This document shows, piece by piece, positions 47,746-58,474 of a DNA stretch of 64,000 nucleotides. The DNA is taken from assembly GCA_037146775.1 (NCBI GenBank), contig JBAWWL010000001.1:325464-389463 (forward strand), read 5' to 3'. Origin of the DNA: Candidatus Omnitrophota bacterium. GTDB taxonomy: Bacteria; Omnitrophota; Gorgyraeia; Duberdicusellales; 4484-171. The notes under the pieces are model-generated. The model did no database searches and had not been told where the DNA came from. It saw only the letters and a list, made by a program, of their open reading frames with translations. Both the position numbers and the translations under genes were made by a program. How positions within the stretch are numbered: the stretch's first letter is position 1; each line of letters starts with the position of its first letter.

Positions 47746-48483
47746 ATGGTAAGAAGCTTAGATACCAGAGAACGCGAAACGGAAATTTTAAATTTAATAG
47801 TGGACAGTTATATTAGGGAGTCTAAGCCCATAAGCTCAAGTCATCTGTGCCAGCAATACCATCTTCCTTATTCCTCGGCAACGGTGCGCAATGTCATGGA
47901 GAACCTCGAACAAAAAGGTTTTCTTTCTCACATACATACTTCTTCGGGCAGGGTTCCTACGAGAGCCGGTTTTAAATATTATGTAGAGCACCTAAAAGAA
48001 GATGAAATGGCCAAGGATTATCCTATAGTATTTGATTTTGAGACAGAAATAGCCGATATCAACGGAGTCATCAACCATGCCTTAAACATTCTTGCTCAAA
48101 GCAGCGGTTACACGTCTTTTTTGGCTCTAGCCGGCCGCGACGAAAAATTATTTTTTCGCGGCGCACGTTTTATGCTTGAACAACCGGAATTTGAAGACAT
48201 GCATAGACTGAAAAACGTATTTTACGCTTTGGAAATGAAATTGTCACAGCTACAGGATTTGCTATCGCACTATTTTAATAATGGCATAAAAATCCTTGTA
48301 GGCGACGAAATAGGTTTCGCGGAGATTTCCGATTGTTCTTTAGTGGTCTCTGGTTCAAGCGACGATCGATTCTCTTTTACGCTTGCATTGCTTGGCCCGA
48401 TGCGGATGGATTATGTTAAGGCTGCGTCGTGCCTTTATACGACAAAGAGGCAGTTTAGAGAAGTCATGGAAAGTTATCTATGA
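47746..48483 (+). CDS. hrcA: Heat-inducible repressor HrcA (short form)
   Basis: SSATVRNVM, HTSSGRVPT, LGPMRMDY. Confidence 0.92.
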   Translation: MVRSLDTRERETEILNLIVDSYIRESKPISSSHLCQQYHLPYSSATVRNVMENLEQKGFLSHIHTSSGRVPTRAGFKYYVEHLKEDEMAKDYPIVFDFETEIADINGVINHALNILAQSSGYTSFLALAGRDEKLFFRGARFMLEQPEFEDMHRLKNVFYALEMKLSQLQDLLSHYFNNGIKILVGDEIGFAEISDCSLVVSGSSDDRFSFTLALLGPMRMDYVKAASCLYTTKRQFREVMESYL

Positions 48484-49115
48484 GCGAACACGATAAAAAT
48501 AACGCGAAAGAACCGTTGCCGGAAGAAGTTGTAGAAAAACTTCAGCAAGAAGGCAATAAAGAACAAACTGAGGCGCCCGGAGAAGATTATCAGGCTCTCT
48601 GGAACAAATACGTACGTGCGTGCGCTGATTTTTCCAATGCCCGTAAGCGTTGGGACAGGGAAAAGGAAGATATTGTTAAATTTTCCAACTCTTCTTTGAT
48701 GCGGGATCTTTTAATAATACTTGATGAAACAGAGCAGGCGTTGAAGATGGCAGCAACGCATCATAGCAGCGAAGATATTCTCAAAGGTTTAGAGATGACC
48801 TATAATAATTTTATCGGTGTGCTCAAAAAAAGAGGTTTGCAGGCGATTACGGCAGTAGGAAAAGATTTTGATCCGCATTTTCATGAAATTATTGCGACTA
48901 AAGAAGTAGACTCCAATATTTCAAAACCAGTTGTGCTTGAAGAAATTCAGAAGGGTTACTTGTTCGAAGATAAAGTTTTGAGGTCGGCGAAGGTAATTGT
49001 GGGGATACAGAGAGAAGAACAAAAGGCAGATAACAAAGAACAGAAGGCAGATAGTAAAGGGCAAAAGACGGATAATAAAGGTCAGAAGGCAGAAAAATCT
49101 GATTCCGGACTCTGA
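48480..49115 (+). CDS. grpE: Nucleotide exchange factor GrpE
   Basis: ADFSNARKR, FDPHFHE, QKGY...LR.AKV; repeat-derived tail. Confidence 0.94.
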   Translation: MSEHDKNNAKEPLPEEVVEKLQQEGNKEQTEAPGEDYQALWNKYVRACADFSNARKRWDREKEDIVKFSNSSLMRDLLIILDETEQALKMAATHHSSEDILKGLEMTYNNFIGVLKKRGLQAITAVGKDFDPHFHEIIATKEVDSNISKPVVLEEIQKGYLFEDKVLRSAKVIVGIQREEQKADNKEQKADSKGQKTDNKGQKAEKSDSGL

Positions 49116-49136
49116 CCTCTGGCTACCGACATCTGA
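49007..49136 (+). repeat. Degenerate 7/21-bp tandem repeats at the grpE 3' end, followed by complementary heptamers
   Basis: QKADNKEQKADSKGQKTDNKGQKA tail; CAGAAGG-like then TCTGACC-like units. Confidence 0.6.
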
Positions 49137-49332
49137 TTTCCGAAAATAGACATCCTATAAAGATCAGGATGTTTTGATTTGAGAAGATTAGGGGCAAGAT
49201 TGCGCAGATTGTTTTAGAGAGAATTCTGTATAGAACGTTTAGAAACTTTTAATCTGTGTAATCGGTTTTAAATCAGTGTAATCAGGTATAATCCTACTAA
49301 ATTATACCTGAAGATTATACCAGGAGGTTGCT

Positions 49333-51258
49333 ATGGCACGTGTAATAGGTATTGATTTAGGAACTTCAAATTCTGCGGCAGCAGTTATGGAAGGAGACAG
49401 GCCGGTGATTATTCCTTCTGCCGAAGGTGCTGGTGTGGCCAGCGGTAAAGCATTCCCTTCCTTTGTTGCGTTTACAAAAGATGGCCAACGATTGGTGGGT
49501 GAGCCGGCCAAGCGACAAGCCTCTATAAACCCGGAAGGAACTATATATGCCGCAAAACGTAAAATGGGTACTGATTATAAATTCCAAGTTCACGGCAAAG
49601 AATATACGCCGCAGCAAATTTCCGCGTTCATTTTGCAAAAAATCAAACAGGACGCCGAAGGCTATTTAGGCGATAAGATCGAGGAAGCTGTCATTACCTG
49701 TCCGGCATATTTTGATGATAACCAGCGGCAAGCCACAAAAGATGCCGGTGAAATAGCCGGGTTAAAAGTGCTGCGTATTATTAATGAACCTACCGCAGCT
49801 TGTCTTGCTTATGGTTTAGAGAAGGCGGGCAAAGAATTAAAAATTTTGGTATTTGATTTTGGCGGCGGAACGCTCGATGTCACAATTATGGAAATGTGGA
49901 AAGAGGGTGGTTTTAAGGTTATCTCGACCAACGGCGATACTCAGCTGGGTGGAACCGACATGGATAACGTCATGATTGATTATGTCGCGAAAGAATTTAA
50001 GCGCGATACCGGTATAGATATTAAGAATGACAAAATGGCTATGCAACGTGTTCGTGAGGCGGCAGAAAAAGCAAAGGTTGAACTTTCGAGTACCTTGACC
50101 ACAGATATTAATCTTCCTTTTATTACCGCAGACGCTTCCGGGCCGAAACATTTAACTATGTCGATTAATCGAGCTAAGCTCGAAGAATTGGTGGGGCCGA
50201 TCATTGATCGTTGTCGCGGTCCTCTGGAACGTGCGTTGGCAGACGCTAAGGTAACCTTTGAAAAAGAAGGGGTAAAATTCGACGATAAAGATGTTGATAA
50301 GATCATCATGGTTGGCGGTCCAACCCGCATGCCGATTGTTCAGAAGTTCGTTGAAGATTATTTCGGTAAAAAAATTGAGCGCGGAGTGGATCCGATGGAA
50401 TGCGTTGCGCTCGGTGCGGCAATCCAGGCAGCTATTATCAAGGGCGACGTAAAAGATGTGTTACTTTTGGATGTCACGCCGCTATCTCTGGGTATTGAAA
50501 CGCTCGGCGGAGTTAATACTAAACTTATTGAGCGTAATACCACCATCCCGACCAGAAAAAGCCAGATTTTTTCAACCGCGGCAGATAATCAAACTGCGGT
50601 TACCATCAGGGTATTGCAGGGAGAAAGGGCGATGGCTGATGACAGTGTGGAGCTGGGTAGATTTAATTTAGAAGATATACCGCCTGCGCCGCGCGGTTTA
50701 CCGCAGATTGAAGTAACTTTTGACATTGACGCCAATGGTATAGTTCACGTTTCCGCTAAAGACAAAGGAACCGGGAAAGAGCAGTCGATAAAGATCACCG
50801 CTCCGCATAAACTGTCTAAGGAAGAAATTGATAAAATGGTTCACAATGCAGAAAAATTTGCTTCCGAAGACGTTAAGAGAAAAGAGCAAGTTGAGGTCAT
50901 AAACCAGGCGGATAATCTGGTTTACGCTACCGAGAAATCTTTAAAAGACTATGGTGACAAGGTCAGCCAGGGGGAACGTGCGAACATCGAATCAAAAATT
51001 AATGAACTTAAGACCGCGATTAAAGACAAAAATACCGAGCGTATTAAAAAAGAAATAGAAGAGTTAGGCAAAGTTTCGCACAAGTTAGCGGAGGAGATTT
51101 ACAAACAGGCAGCGCAAAAACAGCAGCAGCAAGGTTCTCAGGCCGGTCCTCAAGAGCAGAAAACGGCAGAGGGTGCGCAGAAGGCAGAAGAAGAGCCAAA
51201 AGCGAACAAGGAAGACATTATAGACGCGGACTTCAAAGAAGAAGACGGGAAAAAATAA
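49333..51258 (+). CDS. dnaK: Chaperone DnaK
   Basis: [30 protein letters not shown]. Confidence 0.97.
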   Translation: MARVIGIDLGTSNSAAAVMEGDRPVIIPSAEGAGVASGKAFPSFVAFTKDGQRLVGEPAKRQASINPEGTIYAAKRKMGTDYKFQVHGKEYTPQQISAFILQKIKQDAEGYLGDKIEEAVITCPAYFDDNQRQATKDAGEIAGLKVLRIINEPTAACLAYGLEKAGKELKILVFDFGGGTLDVTIMEMWKEGGFKVISTNGDTQLGGTDMDNVMIDYVAKEFKRDTGIDIKNDKMAMQRVREAAEKAKVELSSTLTTDINLPFITADASGPKHLTMSINRAKLEELVGPIIDRCRGPLERALADAKVTFEKEGVKFDDKDVDKIIMVGGPTRMPIVQKFVEDYFGKKIERGVDPMECVALGAAIQAAIIKGDVKDVLLLDVTPLSLGIETLGGVNTKLIERNTTIPTRKSQIFSTAADNQTAVTIRVLQGERAMADDSVELGRFNLEDIPPAPRGLPQIEVTFDIDANGIVHVSAKDKGTGKEQSIKITAPHKLSKEEIDKMVHNAEKFASEDVKRKEQVEVINQADNLVYATEKSLKDYGDKVSQGERANIESKINELKTAIKDKNTERIKKEIEELGKVSHKLAEEIYKQAAQKQQQQGSQAGPQEQKTAEGAQKAEEEPKANKEDIIDADFKEEDGKK

Positions 51259-51291
51259 AAAAGCAAATATCAGAAAATTTGATTTTTGCAT

Positions 51292-51472
51292 TTTAATCGA
51301 CGCGCAGATAACCCTGGCAAAGCCAGGGTTAAAATGCGCCAAAGATTATCCCGACGAGGTTGCGGGAAATTGTCGAAGAGAATTTCCCGCATATTCAGCC
51401 GAGTCGGGAATATCCAGAGAAACCACGGGCTTTAGTCCAACAGGCCGAAGGCCTGGTGGATAGTCCGCGGAG
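51292..51472 (+). repeat. Modular hairpin repeat element, copy 2
   Basis: Near-identical to 43873-44122. Confidence 0.9.
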
Positions 51473-51497
51473 GTTCATTTTTTAAATTTTGAGAACT

Positions 51498-52616
51498 ATG
51501 AGTACGCAAAGAGATTATTACGAAATTTTGGGTGTTCAGAAAACTGCTTCCGTTGAGGATATCAAAAAAGCATATCGGCAGTTGGTAATGCAGTTCCATC
51601 CGGACAGGGTAGCCCCGGAAAAGAAAAAAGAAGCGGAAGAGAGATTCAAAGAAATTTCCGAGGCCTATGCGGTTTTGAGTGACCCGCAAAAGAAGGAATT
51701 ATATGACCGTTATGGCCATGCCGGAGTGGATGCTCGTTATACGCAGGAAGATATTTTTAAAGGAACCAATTTTTCCGATATTTTCCGAGATCTTGGCGGT
51801 GGTGGTAGTTCGGGGTCTGGCATTTTTGATGAATTCTTTTCGGATCTTGGTTTTGATGTTTTCGGTTCCGGAGGCTCTCGTCGTGGCCAACGCCATCGGG
51901 GCGGAGAAGATGTCCATTATGAAATGGCGATTAGCCTGGAGGAAGCGTATTCCGGTTTAGAAAAAGAGCTTTCTTTCTATCGCTATGAAAATTGTCATCA
52001 GTGTAACGGAAGCGGCGCACAGCCCGGTTCCAAAAAAGAAGCCTGTCCTACCTGCCGAGGCCGGGGTGTGGTTACCAGCGGCATGGGGTTTATCAGTTTT
52101 TCTCAAACTTGTCCTTCCTGCAGGGGTGAGGGGGCTATCGCGAAGAACCGTTGCTCTAAGTGTTCCGGCGAAGGAAGAATCAAGGTAAAGAAAAACATTA
52201 AAGTTACTATCCCCTCCGGAGTTGATACGGGTTCGGTGTTGCGTTTAAGAGACGAAGGAAACTTCGGCCCGGGCGGCTACGGAGATTTATATCTGCATAT
52301 AGAAGTTAAGCCCCATTATTTGTTTGTGCGAGAAGGTGATATTGTTACCTGTAAAGTAAAAATAAGTGTTTTCAAAGCGCTTTTGGGCACAGAGATAGAA
52401 GTGCCGACGTTAAGCGGAAACGTAAAAATGGCTATTCCCGGCGGCACACAGCCGAATTCCACTTTTCGGCTTAAAGGCAAGGGTATGCCGAATTTACGCA
52501 CTAAAAGAGCAGGGGATGAATTAGTGGAAGTAGAAGTTGAAATTACTAAAAAGTTATCTACGCAGGAACGAAGCGTTCTCTTGGAATTGGCGAAAGAACG
52601 CGGAGAAAGTGTTTAG
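51498..52616 (+). CDS. dnaJ: Chaperone DnaJ
   Basis: HPD J-domain, G/F region, four CxxCxGxG. Confidence 0.96.
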   Translation: MSTQRDYYEILGVQKTASVEDIKKAYRQLVMQFHPDRVAPEKKKEAEERFKEISEAYAVLSDPQKKELYDRYGHAGVDARYTQEDIFKGTNFSDIFRDLGGGGSSGSGIFDEFFSDLGFDVFGSGGSRRGQRHRGGEDVHYEMAISLEEAYSGLEKELSFYRYENCHQCNGSGAQPGSKKEACPTCRGRGVVTSGMGFISFSQTCPSCRGEGAIAKNRCSKCSGEGRIKVKKNIKVTIPSGVDTGSVLRLRDEGNFGPGGYGDLYLHIEVKPHYLFVREGDIVTCKVKISVFKALLGTEIEVPTLSGNVKMAIPGGTQPNSTFRLKGKGMPNLRTKRAGDELVEVEVEITKKLSTQERSVLLELAKERGESV

Positions 52617-52668
52617 AAAATAAAGAAAAAAATACTTGTTGTAATTTCCGGTATACAAAAGGAGTGTC

Positions 52669-52905
52669 ATGCCAACCTACGACTATGAATGTCAAAAGTG
52701 CGGTAAGCGTACCGAGGTGTTTCATAAAATGAGCGAAACGTCGCTCAAGGCGTGCCCTGCCTGCAAGGGCAAGTTGAAAAAAATGATCAGCGCGGGTAGT
52801 GGATTGATATTTAAGGGGAGTGGTTTTTATATTACCGATTATAAAAAAAATAGATCAGGCGATACCAAAGAGAAACCTGCCTCCAAGAGCGCACATAAAA
52901 AATAA
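52669..52905 (+). CDS. FmdB-family zinc-ribbon protein
   Basis: MPTYDYECQKCG...CPAC...FKGSGFYITDY. Confidence 0.9.
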   Translation: MPTYDYECQKCGKRTEVFHKMSETSLKACPACKGKLKKMISAGSGLIFKGSGFYITDYKKNRSGDTKEKPASKSAHKK

Positions 52906-54104
52906 TGGCACACACCATAAAACCTTTTCAGGCTACTTACTACAACCCGTCTCTAATAAAAAATTCTTCGCTTGTTACTTGCCCTCCTTATGACGTGATT
53001 GACGAGCATCAGGCAGAGGCATTGCGTCGAAAATCCCCTTATAATTTTTGTCGCATATTGCTTGCGTTGGGCGGAGACTATAAGGCGCTCGGGCGGACTT
53101 TTCGATCGTGGCTTAAGGAAAAAGTACTCGTTGACGATATTGACGAGGCCTTATATCTTTACGAGCAACGTTTTATCGTAGAAGGAAAGCGGTGCCAGCG
53201 ATTCGGCATTTTGTCGCTTTTGGATATGGTGGGAAAAAACTCGATTTTTCCTCATGAATATACTTTGAAAGCTCCCAAAGAAGACCGCAAAAAAATAATC
53301 AGAGAAATGAAGGCGAATTTAAGCCCTATTTTTGTAATTGCGGCCAAGCCTATACCATACTTGCGCACACTCCATGGCTTATATGCGAAGCGCAAGCCTT
53401 TTATGGAATTTAAAGACTTGGACGGTAACGCAAATATTATCTGGAAAATTGATGATAAAAAACATATTGAACAGATTTGCACAGCGGTTGATCGGGCGCA
53501 ATTAGTCATTGCCGATGGTCATCATCGTTTTGAGGTTGCGTACGGTTATTACAAGCGTAACCGAGGTCGTTTCAGACATTTAAATTATATTCTGGCGTAT
53601 ATTACCGATCCGCAGGACGGCTTGGTGATATTGCCAACACATCGAATTGTAACGGTACCTTCAACGACCGAAATGTTTCCTTCGAGCATTAAAGAGCATT
53701 TTTATGTCGAAAAGGTTAACGAGCGCCTTTTACATGAGAAGTTGAAAAAAAGCGGTGATTTTGCTTTTGGTATATATAACGGTACATTTTATTATCTTCG
53801 TTTGAAAGCCCCGCATATTTTAGATACAATGTTTAAGGGGTCAGCATATCGCGATCTTGATACGTATCTTATGCATCAATTCGTGTTTCCTTTGTATAAT
53901 ATTACCGGCGCAATACAATATACGCACAGTATACAAGAAGCAAAAAACATGGTTTGTGGAAACAAAGTTGCCTTTTTGCTGCGATCAACGCCGCTTGGCG
54001 CAATATTTAAGATCGCTAATCACGGTTCTCGGCTTCCGCAGAAATCAACGTATTTTTATCCGAAAGTTTCTTCCGGTATCGTGACGAGGAGATTTAAGGT
54101 TTGA
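52905..54104 (+). CDS. DUF1015-family protein
   Basis: PPYDVI, PHE.T, IADGHHR, LPQKSTYFYPK. Confidence 0.9.
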   Translation: MAHTIKPFQATYYNPSLIKNSSLVTCPPYDVIDEHQAEALRRKSPYNFCRILLALGGDYKALGRTFRSWLKEKVLVDDIDEALYLYEQRFIVEGKRCQRFGILSLLDMVGKNSIFPHEYTLKAPKEDRKKIIREMKANLSPIFVIAAKPIPYLRTLHGLYAKRKPFMEFKDLDGNANIIWKIDDKKHIEQICTAVDRAQLVIADGHHRFEVAYGYYKRNRGRFRHLNYILAYITDPQDGLVILPTHRIVTVPSTTEMFPSSIKEHFYVEKVNERLLHEKLKKSGDFAFGIYNGTFYYLRLKAPHILDTMFKGSAYRDLDTYLMHQFVFPLYNITGAIQYTHSIQEAKNMVCGNKVAFLLRSTPLGAIFKIANHGSRLPQKSTYFYPKVSSGIVTRRFKV

Positions 54105-54940
54105 AGATATTTAAGAAGCCATTTCGCTATACTCTCGCCCGCAGGAGAAAAGAAATTCCCGACGGACTGTGGAGCAAGTGTTCCAGCTGTTCTCACCTTA
54201 TTTTTAATAAAATTTTGCACGAGAATTCCAAGGTCTGTCCTAAATGCAACTATCATTTTACTCTTACATGTTGGGAGAGAGTGGATCTTTTAACGGAAAA
54301 GGAAAGTTTTAAAGAATTTTATAAAGATATGGAATCGCTGGATCCTTTGAATTTTGCGGGGCCGAAATCTTATAAAGATAAATTAAAGGAAGAGACCGAA
54401 GCAACCGGCTTAAAAGATGCGGTAGTGGTGGGGGAAGCGAAGCTTGAAAAGAAAGTCATAGCTTTGGCGGTGACTGATTCCCGTTTTATCATGGGGTCGA
54501 TGGGCTCGGTTGTCGGCGAAAAGATTTCTCGTTTGATCGAGCATGCGATAGAAAAGAAATCGCCGGTAGTGATCGTTTCCGGTTCCGGCGGCGGGGCAAG
54601 AATGTATGAGGGGCTTTTAAGCCTGATGCAGATGGCGAAAACAAGCGGTGCGCTTGCGAATTTAAAAAAAGCAAATTTACCCTTTATTTCCATTTTGACG
54701 CATCCGACTATGGCCGGCGTGATGGCTTCGTTTGCGGGCTTGGGCGACGTTATTATCGCTGAGCCGGGCGCATTAATCGGTTTTACCGGGCCGCGAGTGA
54801 TCAAGCAGACAATAAAGCAGGATCTGCCAAAAGGGTTCCAGACATCCGAGTTTAACCTGGAGCATGGTATGATTGATATGGTGGTGCATCGGCGCGATCT
54901 TAAGTCGGTTGTGTCAAAACTCCTGTATTATTTGACTTGA
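54101..54940 (+). CDS. accD: Acetyl-CoA carboxylase carboxyltransferase beta subunit
   Basis: C4 Zn finger, GSMGSVVGEK, GGARM.EG, GFTGPRVI. Confidence 0.94.
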   Translation: MKIFKKPFRYTLARRRKEIPDGLWSKCSSCSHLIFNKILHENSKVCPKCNYHFTLTCWERVDLLTEKESFKEFYKDMESLDPLNFAGPKSYKDKLKEETEATGLKDAVVVGEAKLEKKVIALAVTDSRFIMGSMGSVVGEKISRLIEHAIEKKSPVVIVSGSGGGARMYEGLLSLMQMAKTSGALANLKKANLPFISILTHPTMAGVMASFAGLGDVIIAEPGALIGFTGPRVIKQTIKQDLPKGFQTSEFNLEHGMIDMVVHRRDLKSVVSKLLYYLT

Positions 54941-55066
54941 CATCATTAGCCTTTAAACATACAATTTTAGAACATGCGTTGAATTTTTGCGACAGTCTTG
55001 AACGCCTGTGAGTGTTTTGTGCGGCGATAACGGTCATAGCTTAAAGACAAAATTCTATAATTAATT

Positions 55067-56170
55067 ATGGCACAAGTAAGTTTGAAAAATGTAGTGAAAA
55101 CATATGATGGCGGAGTTCCTGCCGTCAAAAATGTCAGTCTCGGCGTAGAGAATAAAGAATTTCTGGTCTTACTTGGCCCTTCCGGTTGCGGGAAATCTAC
55201 GACGTTACGTATGATTGCCGGTCTTGAAGCTCCGACGAGCGGTGATATATACATTGCGGATAGGTGGGTTAATAACGTTCCGGCGAAAGACAGAAACATC
55301 GCGATGGTTTTTCAAAACTACGCTCTTTATCCACACATGAATGTGTATGACAATATGGCGTTTGCGTTGAAACTGAGAGGATACTCCAAGATTGATATAG
55401 GAAAACGGGTTAAGGAAGCGGCGCAGATATTGGGGATAATGCACCTTTTGGAAAGAAAGCCGCGCGAATTGTCCGGAGGAGAGAGGCAACGGGTTGCCGT
55501 GGGCAGAGCTATTGTGCGTAAACCCCTTGTATTTTTGTTTGATGAGCCTCTTAGTAACCTCGATGCAAAATTGCGCGTGCAAATGCGTACCGAAATTCAC
55601 AAACTTCACTTGAAGATTCAAACTACTATGATATATGTAACGCACGATCAAACTGAGGCGATGACGTTGGGCGATCGTATCGCTGTCATGAAAGACGGCA
55701 ATCTTCTTCAACTGGATACTCCTTTGAACGTATATAATAATCCGACGAGTAAATTCGTGGCCGGATTCATCGGTTCTCCGCCGATGAATTTTATGAAAGG
55801 AACGATCATCAAAAAAGAGAGCATTTTATATTTTGATGAAGGCAATTTTAAAACTAAGATACTTGAGGGAATGTATGACAAGCTGCGGCCGTATATTGGT
55901 AAAGAGATAATTTTTGGGATACGGCCGGAGAATATTTACGATAAACTGTTTGCGTCCCATTCTACCCCCGAGAATACCGTGACCGTGGTATGCGATGTGC
56001 TGGAAACTATGGGGTCGGAAAATTACGTGTACCTTTCGACCAATAAACATGTTTTTGTTGCAGTCGTTGATGCGGCTAACATCCCTACTATTGGGAGTAT
56101 GATAGAGGTTGTTTTGGATATGAAACGGGTCCACTTTTTCGACCCGGCGACTGAAAATACCATTGTATAA
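55067..56170 (+). CDS. Sugar ABC transporter ATP-binding protein (MalK/UgpC/MsmK family)
   Basis: GPSGCGKST, LSGGERQR, DEPLSNLD. Confidence 0.93.
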   Translation: MAQVSLKNVVKTYDGGVPAVKNVSLGVENKEFLVLLGPSGCGKSTTLRMIAGLEAPTSGDIYIADRWVNNVPAKDRNIAMVFQNYALYPHMNVYDNMAFALKLRGYSKIDIGKRVKEAAQILGIMHLLERKPRELSGGERQRVAVGRAIVRKPLVFLFDEPLSNLDAKLRVQMRTEIHKLHLKIQTTMIYVTHDQTEAMTLGDRIAVMKDGNLLQLDTPLNVYNNPTSKFVAGFIGSPPMNFMKGTIIKKESILYFDEGNFKTKILEGMYDKLRPYIGKEIIFGIRPENIYDKLFASHSTPENTVTVVCDVLETMGSENYVYLSTNKHVFVAVVDAANIPTIGSMIEVVLDMKRVHFFDPATENTIV

Positions 56171-57419
56171 TTTTGCTACTCTTACAAATTTACTGCTTTT
56201 TATTATTGTTGCCACCTGGTTCCTTATTGCGGGTAAAATTCCTTCCTTTATTTTTCTGATATTTCTTGGCACGCTGTTTTTTATTTTTTTCTTATTTCGC
56301 GCGTTGAAATCCCGCCATTCTTCCAGGAGTAAGGGCGAGCTGGACAGATTAGAAGAAAATCTCAATCTTCTTACCGATGCGGTCAATACAAAAAAAAAGC
56401 TCCTTGAAGCCCTGCCGCTTAAATACGAAAAGATCGCTTCTCTTTTTAAGGTCTCCCATGATTTGATTGAACTGACCGAACCTCAAACCATTTACACATT
56501 TTTAGTGAATACTCTTGAGCGTTTATTTCCTCAGGCTGAAAGCATTATAATTTTTTCTCTCAAGAAAGATTCCCTATCTCTTACCTTTTCTTCCAAAAAA
56601 GAAAAAACTCCTATTAAGGAAAAACACGGAGATATCATAGAGAAATGGGTATTGAAGCAAAACCAATCTCTGGCGATAGACGATATCGCAAGAGATTTTC
56701 GGTTCGATTATAATAAAGTAAATGCTTTTCGCGAACGAAAAATGCGATCTTTTTTGGTAAGTCCTCTTTCTGTGGGAGATAACGCGCTGGGGGTCGTCCG
56801 TGTGGAAAGCAGAAATGTATCGTCTTTTTCCGTAGATGATTCGCGCCTTTTGCGTAGTATTTGTGATTTTGCGGCAGTGGTATTAGAGCGAGCGAATTTT
56901 ATCGAGAATGCCAAGGATCTCGCGGCGAAAGATTCTCTCACGGCGCTTTATGTGCGTGATTATTTTTTCAATCGTTTGCGAGAAGAGTTAAAACGGGCAA
57001 CGCTTAAAAATTCCAATCTCGGGTTGATTATGCTTGATATTGATGATTTTAAGCGCATTAATGATATCCATGGCCATATCGTGGGCGATGCAGTTCTAAA
57101 GAAGCTTGCAAGTATATTGGTTCAAATTGCAGGAGACGCCGGTAATGCGATTTGTCGGTTTGGCGGAGAAGAATTTGTCATTTTTATCGTTGAGTGCAAA
57201 AAAGAACAGCTTATCGCGGCGGCAGAAAAGATTCGTTCAAGTGTTGAACAGGTACAGCTTATGTTTCGCAGAAAAAATATAACATTTACTGTTTCGTTGG
57301 GGCTTGCATTTTATCCCGAAGATGGCAATGATGCCATTACGCTTCTGGATAAGGCTGATCACATGCTTTATCGTGCAAAGAAAACAGGAAAGAATAAGTT
57401 ATGTTATATGGGGCAATAG
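56163..57419 (+). CDS. Membrane GAF-GGDEF diguanylate cyclase
   Basis: N-terminal TMs, GAF, RFGGEEF. Confidence 0.88.
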   Translation: MYNFATLTNLLLFIIVATWFLIAGKIPSFIFLIFLGTLFFIFFLFRALKSRHSSRSKGELDRLEENLNLLTDAVNTKKKLLEALPLKYEKIASLFKVSHDLIELTEPQTIYTFLVNTLERLFPQAESIIIFSLKKDSLSLTFSSKKEKTPIKEKHGDIIEKWVLKQNQSLAIDDIARDFRFDYNKVNAFRERKMRSFLVSPLSVGDNALGVVRVESRNVSSFSVDDSRLLRSICDFAAVVLERANFIENAKDLAAKDSLTALYVRDYFFNRLREELKRATLKNSNLGLIMLDIDDFKRINDIHGHIVGDAVLKKLASILVQIAGDAGNAICRFGGEEFVIFIVECKKEQLIAAAEKIRSSVEQVQLMFRRKNITFTVSLGLAFYPEDGNDAITLLDKADHMLYRAKKTGKNKLCYMGQ

Positions 57420-58369
57420 CCTGTGTATTTGTGATCGTATTTCTTGCAGAAGAAATTTTTGTCTTCCGTCGATTCGTGAACGGTATTGCCCGGAAGAAAC
57501 AATCATTTACAACGCGCGTTGAAACGCTTCACAAAGAGCTTGAGTCGATAAAACAAAATATGGAAGATTTCGATGCACGCATTGCAGAGCATTTTTTCTT
57601 TTATGATTTAACTCGAAAAATAGCGCCCACCCTTGAGATCGATGAGCTTTGTAAGATTTTTTCTGAAGAAATAAAGTATTTAGGTGATGTCGAAAGCGTT
57701 ACCTATTCAAAACCATTTGATGCTGAGGGTTATTTGCAATTTCCTCTGGATGAGGAGAACCTACTCGGGTTATTTGTAAAAACGAAATCAAAAAAAGTGA
57801 CCGAGTACCTGCCTTCGCTTGCAAAATTATTGCGTTTATGCGTCGAAAAGGTTCATCTTTACCACGCGTCTCAGCAGCTTTCTATCTATGATTCGCTGAC
57901 TGAATGTTACAACCGCCGGTATTTTATGAATAGATTTTTCGACGAATTTGAACGTGCCAAGAAGTTCAACCATCATATATCGTTTTTGATGGTCGATATA
58001 GACCACTTTAAAAAAATAAATGATACTTACGGGCATCTTGTAGGCGACGCAGTGTTGAAAACTATTGCCGGTCTTATACAGGAAAATATCCGGGAAATCG
58101 ATTTTTTGGCAAGGTATGGCGGAGAGGAGTTTGCGATTATTTTGCCGGAAACAGATAAGGCAGGAGCCATTATGGTCGCGGACAGAATTTGCGGTAAGGT
58201 TTCTCAGGAGCGCTTAAAGGCATTCGATGAAATGGTGACTACCACTATCAGCGTGGGCGTGGCAAGTTTTCCTCAAAACACGCTCTATGCCGACGTGTTG
58301 ATGGAAACTGCGGACAAGGCGCTTTACAAAGCCAAAGTATCGGGAAGAAACCGCGTATCTTGGTTTTAA
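57401..58369 (+). CDS. GGDEF diguanylate cyclase
   Basis: DIDHFK, RxxD I-site (REID), RYGGEEF. Confidence 0.9.
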   Translation: MLYGAIACVFVIVFLAEEIFVFRRFVNGIARKKQSFTTRVETLHKELESIKQNMEDFDARIAEHFFFYDLTRKIAPTLEIDELCKIFSEEIKYLGDVESVTYSKPFDAEGYLQFPLDEENLLGLFVKTKSKKVTEYLPSLAKLLRLCVEKVHLYHASQQLSIYDSLTECYNRRYFMNRFFDEFERAKKFNHHISFLMVDIDHFKKINDTYGHLVGDAVLKTIAGLIQENIREIDFLARYGGEEFAIILPETDKAGAIMVADRICGKVSQERLKAFDEMVTTTISVGVASFPQNTLYADVLMETADKALYKAKVSGRNRVSWF

Positions 58370-58474
58370 GCCTTGCCGTACGATTTCCTGTCGTATCCAG
58401 CGAACACCGAAAATTTATCAACTAAAAATATGTTTTCATTTATACAAAATCTGCTATAATCATGCAATCATATC

